IMG/VR virus record: IMGVR_UViG_3300028534_000014
Coordinates: 55,272-119,271 of that record
From: a virus
Length of the DNA stretch: 64,000 nucleotides
Strand: one strand, 5' to 3'
Below the pieces are notes generated by a model. The model had not been told where the DNA came from. It was given only the letters and a program-made list of their open reading frames with translations, and searched no databases. Positions 41,201-49,901 of this stretch are shown here, piece by piece; position 1 is the stretch's first letter, and each line of letters starts with the position of its first letter. A program made the position numbers and the translations under genes.

Positions 41201-41897
41201 TAATGTCAGGTAATGATGTATTTTTCTCGATGTTTCTTAGCTGCTTAGGCAACGCATCTACTAATAATGCTAACGCCTTAGCTGATCTATCACTTACTAA
41301 AATATGTTTATATTTAAGCTCTAATGACTTTCTATAATATGCTTCTGAAATTGATATTTGATATCGAGTCAGCGCATCACTTCGAGATGATAAGTCAGTC
41401 TGTTGTAATATAGGAGGTTGTTGTATATTAAGAAAAACACCTTTACTTATATCTTGCGCTCTCTCATCCTCTGTAGGACCTCTGTCTATGTTACTATCTT
41501 TTTTCTTAACTCCTAAATAGTTACCAACAGTTTCTGCGATAGATTTAACTGCCTGATTTTCAGATGACTTCATCTTATCTATTAACGGAGAAGCTGACTC
41601 ACCTATAGACTTCTTAGCTTTATCATATGACTCAGTTATAGTACGTTTAAAATCAGTTGCTTCTTTATATAAGCTATCTCCAATTAAGCTAGGTATAGCC
41701 TTATCAATGACTTGTCCAGCTTGTTGAAATTTATCAGTATACTGAAAGTCCTCTTTGAAAGCCTTCATACCCTCTTCTATCTGACTAACAGCTGTACTTC
41801 TATCACCTGATGCATTTTCATCGATAGTTTCCCCCATATCCTCATTTAGAAAATCATCTAATTCTGAGAAACCATCATCTATATTATTACTCCCCAT
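35202..41897 (-). CDS. Tape-measure/tail-associated lysin (phiKZ gp181-like) with amidase_2, peptidase M15 and lysozyme-like domains
   Basis: 2231 aa, divergent from the vRNAP beta' gene. YLIVHNTAG..AHIYIDRDG..IGIEMV..AH (amidase). GYRS..N..VGGAKHSFHMKGMAIDI..LHIDTR (M15). AIAKYES..YN..SAVGKYQF (lysozyme). Confidence 0.85.
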   Translation of the reverse strand: MGSNNIDDGFSELDDFLNEDMGETIDENASGDRSTAVSQIEEGMKAFKEDFQYTDKFQQAGQVIDKAIPSLIGDSLYKEATDFKRTITESYDKAKKSIGESASPLIDKMKSSENQAVKSIAETVGNYLGVKKKDSNIDRGPTEDERAQDISKGVFLNIQQPPILQQTDLSSRSDALTRYQISISEAYYRKSLELKYKHILVSDRSAKALALLVDALPKQLRNIEKNTSLPDIIKMKTSEGVMGKMKQDMSRNFIDGIVSNSTVLTRLKNKITNISGQARDSITGILDGIGLASDVSNNMGGMGSKASMAGSMGADAVRDAIGTFAGNMLSKTKVGQKAREFFAPIEEGGREYFEAKRDAVRGDGVWSSIKKSGWSAIASLFDDESVNPKIEVGSKAFNSPAIFDNRTHTTLNIVIPDLLSKIQASVQAIETGIKPNELRYDYLRDSFTDRKGIRERVRQDIFDGLRDSSLSRNTSLAIQELESASGIKLTPEERKIFGRQLVGKTRKKSFTTLDIDDKHDFFKGLDKDSKEKFLKIFKLATTNKNGEQDYDSVFNLDKRIKDINRSQPMPIQLIQKYMETGHAEELVKLGIINFDKKTRDYTLNKDYYNNMSADMVGNIIGNRSSEQSANDREFDKNKKSITEKIINLGKQGKEAIQDIDINKGIDKLKTTIQTEVQKLDIDPGNMSKEDRERLVKDVKTNVTMAISEVEKRVKVKKARSLFQKLRKVTMDTISSLSRKILSYKDEVDDIDLDNTIADIMPSIKKKDRVITNSLIKDVYAKIKNRYYSFKRKSKRSSPIEISKEADKTVDYIYNLTEKAKNRFSTKDSVGSAVKNTLTNISSKFIRLINSIAINANGYDPDDIEVPDKINHKDLLSKASGKKHTLADDEREQTSILKRLTEYAKSIVESTKKKKVEADRDGNGFRDNSWRDILSRRNKKDNEDNKESQSNDKKSVIDKGILGLLASGVFAGLKGLFSVNFLKPFDLLAKVMKLTGNSIAKGVWNLAKLLNPLTVISATLTGISGASKIIKSGVLVSSKILSGIGWVLEKTLPLLLGKKMGDFLSGKNWRDARAAGKSSLLSRAFKALKGKPGKAAAIAGAAYGLYEYGGDAWDWVKDKFHHTHTSHPSIDNHTSHKDITYELNKFTAYTIDQQVTNPDMTIPLKSGHGLVDKNRVNKELAEQQVNINDTSYSGVQTTGLMLAGAGSLKLAHKTFKDRDTERADKLTRTLSSKITKVKEAENIAKTASKKGLGKLGSKLLGKGLKKVPIMGSALSIYDASKALVAGHYKEAGVQALEAIVNLLPLGFLATTAYDVYDAVTAKDISNPNANNQINNRQISGPKSIQDSTSYKSYIAHGITPKSGKHWKALPDTIIPQDAIDGKDELCGIPVLWYKAPKKAREIMNYESFDNGKPDYLIVHNTAGSKLSFGRFYSKGYGAHIYIDRDGTIHKFGKLSYRYAHVGKRLPKYRNIVSNNNAIGIEMVSAYYKDTKKWQPYTKAQIESLKKVAGCITSKFGIDKQHVFAHIQVSPKTAGEGMEALHIVQDILDRGSYKLKNIDTVDAGNTAKLGETNPNIRHSSNTHPQTVNPASATTISGGNYIKHSRAMFMPMEVSKDDMEHISKYYTSKKGADIGRLEPFTKKAFTGLAKTWYTDTGKKLEVKYGYRSPSKNSKVGGAKHSFHMKGMAIDIIHTNLTDEEVKYLILLAGRYGFRGYGYGPTTLHIDTRDYNASWTYTANGTKPGVPSKFADTVAKAQRLASSVKKTGKPTSELVSPSKSKLSTRVGESSGPNNSNYNKAKSMGKKVLNFVQEAAKGAIAALFAFFGIDIEHKSAKKSGQTTAETINNEIGFDPSQVKATVNSSIPLANGSKTNFTISRGEKLILEAIAKYESKEGPDGYNYTFGNGKYIPKTVTLTDKSVADIYKIQIKLSNLTKGTNMPTSAVGKYQFTQATLKEMVKQTGIDPRAQFSATTQDFLIVKRLISKRGLNRWEDGLLSDKDFIHNLSKEFASIEDPYKGTGYYGGQTARNSYSRMLKVLQEAKRLLDVPDASNDSEEVVVTNKSKTITGLHNNSATVKDNSIGNKLGATMEKKKGELSNNGISKNDIGSKPKLNKDSEDIAPIRIGKHTAKANQQEVINKTVKTAQHIKVDAPNVNVAIPDTVTADVKGPLLDKTDTTNKLLEGILNSIDKLPSSRSGQELTTPLHQQHSKTHVRDTNVMTMDTRDLKRKKETHY

Positions 41898-41973
41898 ATA
41901 GTATCCTTTGGGTTAATTTTTATAATTCACGATTTCCGTGATTAATATTCATAAAACAGAAAGGGGCATCATA

Positions 41974-43560
41974 ATGAACCAGGCTAAAACACTAGTTGCG
42001 AAGCTTATATTTCCTGATAAATTTTACGTAAAATACCTAGGAGAGATACTTACATCTAGAGTAATAAATAGAAGAGAGATTGATGAATTAGGATTATATT
42101 CTACAAAGATATTCGGACCATTGGGTTCGGAAGAGAGGAATAGTACATTTGCTTATATAGACTTAAAGAGCGATATACTGCATCCAACTATATATGAGTA
42201 TCTACTAAAGATTAATAGTCTTTATGGGCGCATAATGAATAGCTCTATTTATGTTAAATACAATAAGCAGAATAGAACTTTTGAGATAAGTGATATAGAG
42301 AACGGTTATACAGGTTATAGCTATTTCTTAGAACATCTACCTGAATTAGATTTAGGTAGTAGCGATAGTGACGATAAACAAAATATGATTGATGTTATAA
42401 ATAAGTATAGAGAAAAGGGCAAACTAACTAATAATAAATTATTAGTACTACCAGCAGGACTTCGAGATATTGAAATTAAACTTGATGGTCAGACAGTTGA
42501 GCATGAAATCAATGACTATTACAAAAAAGTATTCAACAATGTACAATTACTTAACTTTAATAATAGTGTGATGAGTACTAAAGATAGACTGCTCTTAACA
42601 TTACAGAATAGAGTTAATGATTTAATGGCCGAGTTATTTAAAGTAATCAATGGTAAAAAGAAACTCATTGGAGGCCAATACGTTTCTAGACATGTAGATT
42701 ACATAACTAGAAATGTAGCAACTGGTAGAAGTGTTAAAGTGGATGATGTTACTAAAATAGACTTTAATCCTATTAATATAACACTGATAGGATTATATCA
42801 ATATAGTAAAGCCATTACCCCTATAACCAAATATTATCTTAATGACATCTTTCTAAACAAAGTATTGGATAGAAGTAAGAAGACTATTCGTTGTTTTGAT
42901 CCAGATAATAACACTTTTAAAAATGTAGAAATAGATGATAAAACATTTAGAATGCTATCTACTAAAGACGGTCTAGATAAACTATTATCTAGAATGAAAG
43001 ATGATGAGTTTAAAAATAAAGAGCTAGTATTCGATGGGTGTATAGCCTTTCCTGTTGTAGAGACTAACGGAGAGACTAGGATATACGTGAATACTCTACC
43101 GGATGGAAAGGTAAGAGCATTAACATATGGTGAATTAGTATATAATGCCATATATAAATATAGTTTAACTAACCATGGCTATATAACAAGATACCCTATC
43201 ACAGAGCAGGGTTCTATATTTATTACTAAAGTAAGAGTAAATACAACTAGTAGAGAAAAAGAGACTAAAGTAGAGATAATCTCAGAGTATGGTCAAGATA
43301 ATTTCACTACAACAGAGTATCCTATACCAGGACTACCTTATGATAGTAGTTTAAGCCCGTCATACGCTAGAGCTAAGGGACTAGGATTAGATTATGATGG
43401 AGATAAAATTGTATTCACAGCATTCATTACGGAAGATGCTAATGAAGAAGCCGATAAATTTTTAAAGTCTGTTAATAATTATGTTAAACCAGATGGCAAA
43501 TTAACACTCGACTTAATAGACCATCCATTAGAGATATTATTAAAAAGCATGACAAAATAG
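41974..43560 (+). CDS. Virion RNA polymerase beta' subunit, catalytic part (phiKZ gp180-like)
   Basis: GLYSTKIFG, LVLPAGLRD, RYP, and the catalytic GLDYDGD motif. Start inferred at ATG 41974 (track uses GTG 41938). Confidence 0.88.
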   Translation: MNQAKTLVAKLIFPDKFYVKYLGEILTSRVINRREIDELGLYSTKIFGPLGSEERNSTFAYIDLKSDILHPTIYEYLLKINSLYGRIMNSSIYVKYNKQNRTFEISDIENGYTGYSYFLEHLPELDLGSSDSDDKQNMIDVINKYREKGKLTNNKLLVLPAGLRDIEIKLDGQTVEHEINDYYKKVFNNVQLLNFNNSVMSTKDRLLLTLQNRVNDLMAELFKVINGKKKLIGGQYVSRHVDYITRNVATGRSVKVDDVTKIDFNPINITLIGLYQYSKAITPITKYYLNDIFLNKVLDRSKKTIRCFDPDNNTFKNVEIDDKTFRMLSTKDGLDKLLSRMKDDEFKNKELVFDGCIAFPVVETNGETRIYVNTLPDGKVRALTYGELVYNAIYKYSLTNHGYITRYPITEQGSIFITKVRVNTTSREKETKVEIISEYGQDNFTTTEYPIPGLPYDSSLSPSYARAKGLGLDYDGDKIVFTAFITEDANEEADKFLKSVNNYVKPDGKLTLDLIDHPLEILLKSMTK

Positions 43561-43572
43561 AAAGGGGTATAT

Positions 43573-46500
43573 ATGTTAAGATATTTTGAATTAGAAAAAA
43601 GGATAGGTGTTAGGAAGAAAGCAGATTTCCTAACACCCAGAATTCTCGATATAAGCGATTTTAGTTTTAGTAGAAGTTCTACTATACATTGGAGACAGGG
43701 AGTGCCATCTCCTAATGATAATATATTAACCAATATAGATAATGTATTTGAATATATTATTCCTAAATATAGCAGAACTGGATTAGGGAAGTATAAGAGA
43801 GTATCTATTTCGCTAACAGCTTTAATATCGGCTAGAAAAAAAGAGGTACCTGAATATAAGTATCTAACAGATATTAGTAAATGCGAAGCTGTCAGTAGTA
43901 GTAAGTACTGTATAGTAGATTATAGCGAGTTAAAGAGTCTTTATATTTATAACTCCGATAAAAGGAATTATAGAGCTAGGCTATATAACGAATATATAAC
44001 TATAATCGATACCATTAATCAATCTAATATGGATGGTAAAATACATTATATACATATAGACCTACCAGACACATTGCTTACATACCAAGAAATCAAAAAG
44101 GTTGTTAAGAATGAGAATACTAGCAATTATGAGAAGTTAGTAACTAATGAAAAGCAATATATTCTAATAGAAATATATAAAGCTTTAATGGCTGATTACA
44201 AAGAGAGCAGTATATTTAATAATGTGAAAAACATTGATACTTCTAATATCGTATTCGTATTTACACATGCAAATAAAGTAACTATAGCTAGACTGTATAA
44301 CATTTTAGCATTAAGTAAAGAGACTGGCTTAATTCATAGTAGAATAAAAGCTGTTAATGAGATGCAAGCTATTGCTATACTAAGCAAATACTTATATAAA
44401 ATTATAGCTACAGCAAATCCTATGTCTATAACAGAAATAGAACGTCGAAAAGATATAGTGGCTGTGGATAGATTTAATAATGATGAAGAGGTCGATATCA
44501 AAGAGATAGATAAATTAATAGAAAATCAAAAAGAGATTGCTACTATTAATATCTCTACAGAGAATAAACCTATAAAGACAGATATTAAAACAACAGAAGA
44601 TCCTGTAGAGACAGCTAAACTATTAGTGGACGATAAAGTAGCAAAGGGCATTATATCAGAGAAGAAAGCTAAGATAATTGAAGAAGAGGTACAACGTGTT
44701 GTAAAGGAGTATAAGAAATATATACCTAAGCCTAAAGAGTTAATCTTCAGACCAAAACCTATTCCTGATATGAAGACAGTCTTTGATAAACAGCTATTAG
44801 TCGATACGATTAAGGAGTATGATGAACACTATATTCGTGATATTATCGATAAAGAGAGATTAGCTGTAATTTACTCTATGAGTAAGTTTGGTTACATAGT
44901 CACAAGCGCTGAAAAGAAGATTAATGATAATCTAAGTAATAATGAGGAGATATGGAACATTACTGTTAAACAGCCTACAGGCACCAGTGTTAAATTGAGC
45001 ATCAGAATACCTATTGTAACGCCCGGAGGAATTATACGCAATAACGGTAAAGAATATCTAATGAATAAATTACAAAAAGATTATATTATCAAAAAGATTA
45101 ACTTTAATACAGTATCTATGTTAAGCTATTATAGTAAACTATTCTTTGTTAAAGCCAACTACTCAAGATATAATATGAGTACAGCAATACATAAAACTTT
45201 AGTAAATATGTCAGCTGATTTAGATAATGAGATAGGTATGGCTGTATACGGTGAGAATAGTCTGCCTAATATAAAAGTACCGTATTGGTATAGTATTGTT
45301 ATGCGTGAGACGCGTAGTGTTATGAAAGGTAACTGGTATCTACTATTTGATTATAGTAACAGGAGTTCTTTATTAAATAAAGAGGATGACCTAAAAAGCG
45401 TGGAGAGACACGGTATCTTAATGGGTAACTATAAAAAGGAGTATATCGTAGTTGATAAAGATGACCAGCTGTATAAAGTAAATAGTAAAGGCGATATATT
45501 AGAAGAATTAGGTGATTTATTAGAGTTTATCAATATCGATAAGACTAAATTACCTGTAGAGTTTGTATCTAGTAAAATGGTAGGAGAGAGCTTTCCTGTT
45601 GTCATTATGTTTATGTATTATTTAGGGATTAAACCTTTATTAAACCACTTAGATATGAGATATAGATTATTAAAGAATAAGAGGGATTTAACTTCGAGTG
45701 AATTCTCTATTAAATTTTCAGATGGATATTACGCATTTGATAAATTTAATAAGAGCGGTGCATTAATACTAGGTGGATTAAAGAGTGTTGAAAAGTATCT
45801 AAGTAATATACCATTCAATTCTCTCAATGGGGAGTCGGGTGTATTGGATTTAATGCACGCTATAGGCTATCCATCCAAACTATCTATAGCTATGAAATTA
45901 TTTAGAGCCGGGTTTATAGGCCCTTTAGAAGTTCCTTCGCTTGAGATAAAAGAGCTACCAACAGATACAGTGGCACTACTATTTAAAGCAATTAAGATGT
46001 TAGAAACAGACGCCTTTACAGACCCTAATAGTATTGAAACCATTGATATTACTGGATATGAAAGATTGAATGGAATGTTATACAATGTTTTAACATCAGC
46101 AATTAGAGTTAACGAGAGTAAGATTGGTAGGGTTAGAACTAAACTAACATTAGACCCGTTCATTATATATAAAAACCTGGCTAGCGATGCTGGATTTAAT
46201 TTAGTAGATGACTTAAATCCTATACAATCAGTATTACAAGCATATGAAGTAAAACTAACAGGCACATTCGGGCGTAATAAAGATACTATCACATTTAAGA
46301 ACCGCTCTTATTACCCTGACCAAGTAGGTTATATATCAGAAGCTACTAAAGACAGTAGTTCAGTTGGCGAGAGCTATAGTTTAAGTGCAACACCTAAATT
46401 AATGAATACTAAAGGCATTAATAAAGATATACCTATAGATGAATTAACGCCAGCTAATATCTATAGTATATCCGCACTTTTAGGAACTGATACATTAAAA

Positions 46501-47613
46501 GATGATGGTAAAAGGTTACTATATACAGGTGTGCAAACTAAACACCCTGTTAATGTGGCTGGACAGGAGCTTATACCATATCGAACTGATATGGCCGATA
46601 TCATACCATATAGAGTAAATAGTAAACACGCATTACACGCTGATATAGATGGAGTCGTTACCAAGGTTACTCGAAACAAAATAGTAATTAAATATAAAAC
46701 AGGCAAGAGTCAAACCTATAGTTTAAAAAGCTGGTATAGTAAAGATACAGGAGGAGTGACATATAAGCATACGCTTAAAACTTTACTTAAAGAGGGCGAT
46801 AGAGTGCAACCTGGGGATAATATCTATTATGATAGTGGATATTTTGGACCTAACTTTTTTAACAAGAAAAAAGTAACATATAAGTTTGGAGTGTTAGCTA
46901 CTACTGTTCTATATGACTCTGACAGAGGTTATAATGACTCTACAACTATATCAAAAGAGTTCGCTGATAAACTTAAGACTAATATAGTATACCTAGCAAA
47001 TAAATTAGTACATCCTGGAGTTATAGTTGTTGAATATGCTAATGTAGGAGATACTGTTGAGTATGATAGTCCAGTAGTAACGTTTATAACTGATGAGGCT
47101 ATTGAAAATGTAGATAACATTAACCCAGAGACTGTGAGAATGTTAAGAGATATAAATAAGTCAGTTATATCAGCTCCGATTAAAGGAAAGGTAACTAATT
47201 TCGAAATCATATATAATTTCGAGCTAGATGATTGTAAAGATGCGAGATTAAAAGAGATGATAGCAGAGTCCGATAAGAGACTTAAAGAGTCTACTGGCAT
47301 GACTGGCAGAGTTGATAACACCTATAGTTATAAAGGTAAAGGAATTGAAGAAGGCGAATATCTCATTAAGTACTATATAGAAAAAGAACTTGGTATGTAT
47401 AATGGAGATAAGCTTATTGCCGCAAATCAGTTGAAAGCAACAGTAGGCGGTATCCATGAACCTAAATATACTAGTGGTGGGAGAGTTATAGATTTATACA
47501 TAGATAGCGATAGTGTCGCTGCACGTATAGTCGAGTCGGCTAAACTGATGGGTCTTATGAACTATGCTCTAGTTCATATGAGTGAAAAAGCGGTAATGCT
47601 CTACGATAAGTAG
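43573..47613 (+). CDS. Virion RNA polymerase beta subunit (phiKZ gp178-like)
   Basis: 1346 aa. G.FGRNK..., ISEATKDSSSVG, D.KRLLYTGVQTKH, GYNDS..IS..FA.K, GDKL...NQLK. Confidence 0.88.
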   Translation: MLRYFELEKRIGVRKKADFLTPRILDISDFSFSRSSTIHWRQGVPSPNDNILTNIDNVFEYIIPKYSRTGLGKYKRVSISLTALISARKKEVPEYKYLTDISKCEAVSSSKYCIVDYSELKSLYIYNSDKRNYRARLYNEYITIIDTINQSNMDGKIHYIHIDLPDTLLTYQEIKKVVKNENTSNYEKLVTNEKQYILIEIYKALMADYKESSIFNNVKNIDTSNIVFVFTHANKVTIARLYNILALSKETGLIHSRIKAVNEMQAIAILSKYLYKIIATANPMSITEIERRKDIVAVDRFNNDEEVDIKEIDKLIENQKEIATINISTENKPIKTDIKTTEDPVETAKLLVDDKVAKGIISEKKAKIIEEEVQRVVKEYKKYIPKPKELIFRPKPIPDMKTVFDKQLLVDTIKEYDEHYIRDIIDKERLAVIYSMSKFGYIVTSAEKKINDNLSNNEEIWNITVKQPTGTSVKLSIRIPIVTPGGIIRNNGKEYLMNKLQKDYIIKKINFNTVSMLSYYSKLFFVKANYSRYNMSTAIHKTLVNMSADLDNEIGMAVYGENSLPNIKVPYWYSIVMRETRSVMKGNWYLLFDYSNRSSLLNKEDDLKSVERHGILMGNYKKEYIVVDKDDQLYKVNSKGDILEELGDLLEFINIDKTKLPVEFVSSKMVGESFPVVIMFMYYLGIKPLLNHLDMRYRLLKNKRDLTSSEFSIKFSDGYYAFDKFNKSGALILGGLKSVEKYLSNIPFNSLNGESGVLDLMHAIGYPSKLSIAMKLFRAGFIGPLEVPSLEIKELPTDTVALLFKAIKMLETDAFTDPNSIETIDITGYERLNGMLYNVLTSAIRVNESKIGRVRTKLTLDPFIIYKNLASDAGFNLVDDLNPIQSVLQAYEVKLTGTFGRNKDTITFKNRSYYPDQVGYISEATKDSSSVGESYSLSATPKLMNTKGINKDIPIDELTPANIYSISALLGTDTLKDDGKRLLYTGVQTKHPVNVAGQELIPYRTDMADIIPYRVNSKHALHADIDGVVTKVTRNKIVIKYKTGKSQTYSLKSWYSKDTGGVTYKHTLKTLLKEGDRVQPGDNIYYDSGYFGPNFFNKKKVTYKFGVLATTVLYDSDRGYNDSTTISKEFADKLKTNIVYLANKLVHPGVIVVEYANVGDTVEYDSPVVTFITDEAIENVDNINPETVRMLRDINKSVISAPIKGKVTNFEIIYNFELDDCKDARLKEMIAESDKRLKESTGMTGRVDNTYSYKGKGIEEGEYLIKYYIEKELGMYNGDKLIAANQLKATVGGIHEPKYTSGGRVIDLYIDSDSVAARIVESAKLMGLMNYALVHMSEKAVMLYDK

Positions 47614-47659
47614 AACATACTACCGTTTTTAATGAATTAAAATAAGAAAAGGAATATAA

Positions 47660-47830
47660 ATGGATAATATAAGTATTGTAAATGCCTTGACAGATGCAAT
47701 AGTTGACATCACTAAGAGAGTGGCTAGTAATCCTGATACGGGATTAGTGTTACAATCGGATGAGACACTTGAGAAACAGATTTCATTAAGTCTATTGTAT
47801 GCGATTAAAGAAAAAAGTGAAGGAAAGTAG
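47660..47830 (+). CDS. Small hypothetical protein (56 aa), not in the ORF track
   Basis: Hand translation MDNISIVNALTDAIVDITKRVASNPDTGLVLQSDETLEKQISLSLLYAIKEKSEGK. AAAAGGA RBS. Stop is 1 nt before the next ATG. Confidence 0.6.
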   Translation: MDNISIVNALTDAIVDITKRVASNPDTGLVLQSDETLEKQISLSLLYAIKEKSEGK

Positions 47831-47831
47831 A

Positions 47832-49109
47832 ATGTTTAGATACCCAAGAGAATTAGAGTTAATTAACAAACCGATTAGTGTCATGCCTAACAGTATTGTT
47901 GCTGCTATTGTAGGTGATAATGATAATCTAAGAGATATAGAAATAGAAAAGATAGCCGATATCGTAACGAATGAAGTGTTATTCTATAGAAATAATATAA
48001 ATCCTTTGTTTAATACATTAGGCACCAAGATCACGGAACTTAAAGATAATATTATGAACATTAACAGTACTATCAATCTACAACAGGTAGTAGTTCCTAC
48101 ATTTATCCAAATGATGGATGAAGAGAATTATTATAATGAAAATAGAGGAGATTATACAGGTGACGTGGTATTCATTCCAAAGGATGCTAATATTAAAGAA
48201 TTAGCTAAGAGTCTAAATGATTTTAATCCTGTAATATCTGATGTTAAAAAGTACATAGCAGGCGTTACTAATGCAGATGTTCAAGAAGCGATTGAATTAC
48301 TTAATAGTTCAGTTCGATTAGATGACTCATTTAGTAACTATAGCAGAAAGTTATCAAACCTAGGAACAATTACTAATGCGTTAGCCGTTGCATATATACT
48401 TAGATATAGTGACCCTGTTGACGGTACATTAGGAACTATTGATGATTATGAGAGATATCTAGATAGCATCTCTAATAGATTTATAGCTATTACTACCGGT
48501 ATATATAGAATGGTAAAAAGATACATGGAAGAGACTAATCCTATAGTGGTTATTGGTTATGAAGAAGATGCTGATACAGTATTTGTTACATCGGCTATCA
48601 CAAATGTATATAGAGCCGGAGTTAATGTGGATGCTGTTTTAGGCGCTGGCGTATCAGGGCAGAAACGTGTATATTCTTTAAGTGATATTGTAGATAATAA
48701 AGATACTTATACAAAAGTCTATCAAGATCATATGACTACTATCATTACTAAGGGTCGTATAAAACAATTGAGTATATTTAGAGAGAAGTTAACTTCTTTA
48801 TTACTATCATATGTAGAGAATAGTGAGTATCCAGAGCTAGGTCTATCTTTAAGAGATAGTAAACTATTCCTTATAAATCTATTAGATAATGATGAGAAGA
48901 TTATGTATACATATGATATACTAAGAGAATTCATCTTAGGATGCCTATACGCTAAGACTAATGCTAAGAGACTATATGACAATATAGAATACTTTAAAAG
49001 CATTAGTTCTGCAATGAATAATTATCAGACAGATGATAAGATTTATATTACATTAGCTGTTAGTAAATTGGTTGAAGAGTTTTTACTTAAACAAATTAGC
49101 GTAGGGTGA
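47832..49109 (+). CDS. Head/ejection protein (phiKZ gp177 / SPN3US gp243-like)
   Basis: Syntenic between vRNAP beta and the beta'-C subunit. ATG 47832 follows an AGGA RBS. Confidence 0.55.
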   Translation: MFRYPRELELINKPISVMPNSIVAAIVGDNDNLRDIEIEKIADIVTNEVLFYRNNINPLFNTLGTKITELKDNIMNINSTINLQQVVVPTFIQMMDEENYYNENRGDYTGDVVFIPKDANIKELAKSLNDFNPVISDVKKYIAGVTNADVQEAIELLNSSVRLDDSFSNYSRKLSNLGTITNALAVAYILRYSDPVDGTLGTIDDYERYLDSISNRFIAITTGIYRMVKRYMEETNPIVVIGYEEDADTVFVTSAITNVYRAGVNVDAVLGAGVSGQKRVYSLSDIVDNKDTYTKVYQDHMTTIITKGRIKQLSIFREKLTSLLLSYVENSEYPELGLSLRDSKLFLINLLDNDEKIMYTYDILREFILGCLYAKTNAKRLYDNIEYFKSISSAMNNYQTDDKIYITLAVSKLVEEFLLKQISVG

Positions 49110-49123
49110 TCCCTATGCTAATT
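49094..49123 (+). terminator. 13-bp hairpin with a G-U pair and the stop in the loop
   Basis: AATTAGCGTAGGG-TGAT-CCCTATGCTAATT. Confidence 0.62.
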
Positions 49124-49166
49124 TTACTAAGCGCGGTTATCTGAAAAAAGATATGAAGGACATATA

Positions 49167-49877
49167 ATGGATTATAAGAAGTTAAAAGAGAACCCTAGAA
49201 AAATACAAAGTATACTTAAAACAGATGGCGAGAATATAATAACTACCGAAACATTGTATTTAATCTTTCCTGAGCGTTTTATTACTAAAGATATAGCAAT
49301 GATAGGGCGTACAGTAGAAACGCCTTGTATATACCTTTTACACGACGCTAATGGTAACTATATTAAACAACTAATACCTACAAGAGTATCATTTATACCT
49401 AATGCTGTTGAAGATATTGAAATAGAAGGTAAGAAGTATAAAAAACTAACATTTATTAAAGGTGCTGTTTTTAATAATGGTAAGATGGTTATTGATAAAG
49501 ATATCCCATTTATATTACAAGATGACTGGATAAATAAGAGTGGGAATATACCATTCTTTATAAATATGGATGATATACAAAAAGTATTTATTAATGGCGT
49601 TGTTTATGGAGGTTCGGTGGTAGGTAGTAACCCTGTTCCTATAGCTACATTTATATCCATAATCGCTAGAGATAGTAAAAATAGATATGTTAGACAATAC
49701 TATACAAAGGAACAAATTAAGCATATGAAGATTAAATTTGTAGGATTAAGTAAAGTTAGCGCAGTATATAATAATGTATTCAGTGCTATTACAGGAGCAT
49801 ATTTAAAACAAGGAATAGCGGCTTCGTTAAATATGGATAACCCGGGTCAGACAAAAATAGATGCAGTATTAAATTAG
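49167..49877 (+). CDS. Virion RNAP beta' C-terminal subunit (phiKZ gp176 / SPN3US gp244-like)
   Basis: 236 aa. C-terminal KFVGLSKVSAVYNNVFSAITGAYLKQGIAASL aligns by eye with beta' region H (LLGITKASL.TESFISAASFQET..VL..A). Synteny agrees. Confidence 0.62.
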   Translation: MDYKKLKENPRKIQSILKTDGENIITTETLYLIFPERFITKDIAMIGRTVETPCIYLLHDANGNYIKQLIPTRVSFIPNAVEDIEIEGKKYKKLTFIKGAVFNNGKMVIDKDIPFILQDDWINKSGNIPFFINMDDIQKVFINGVVYGGSVVGSNPVPIATFISIIARDSKNRYVRQYYTKEQIKHMKIKFVGLSKVSAVYNNVFSAITGAYLKQGIAASLNMDNPGQTKIDAVLN

Positions 49878-49901
49878 TGCTAGGTATATGCCTAGCACTA
49901 A
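49874..49901. terminator. Palindrome between convergent genes, TATATG core
   Basis: TTAGTGCTAGG-TATATG-CCTAGCACTAA. TAG stops at 49875-77 and 49898-900 are symmetric. Confidence 0.68.

Noticed and set aside
33424-47613. Introns or inteins in RNAP or polymerase genes (common in phiKZ-like phages)
   Set aside because: The ORFs are continuous with expected sizes, and no intein or LAGLIDADG motifs were seen.
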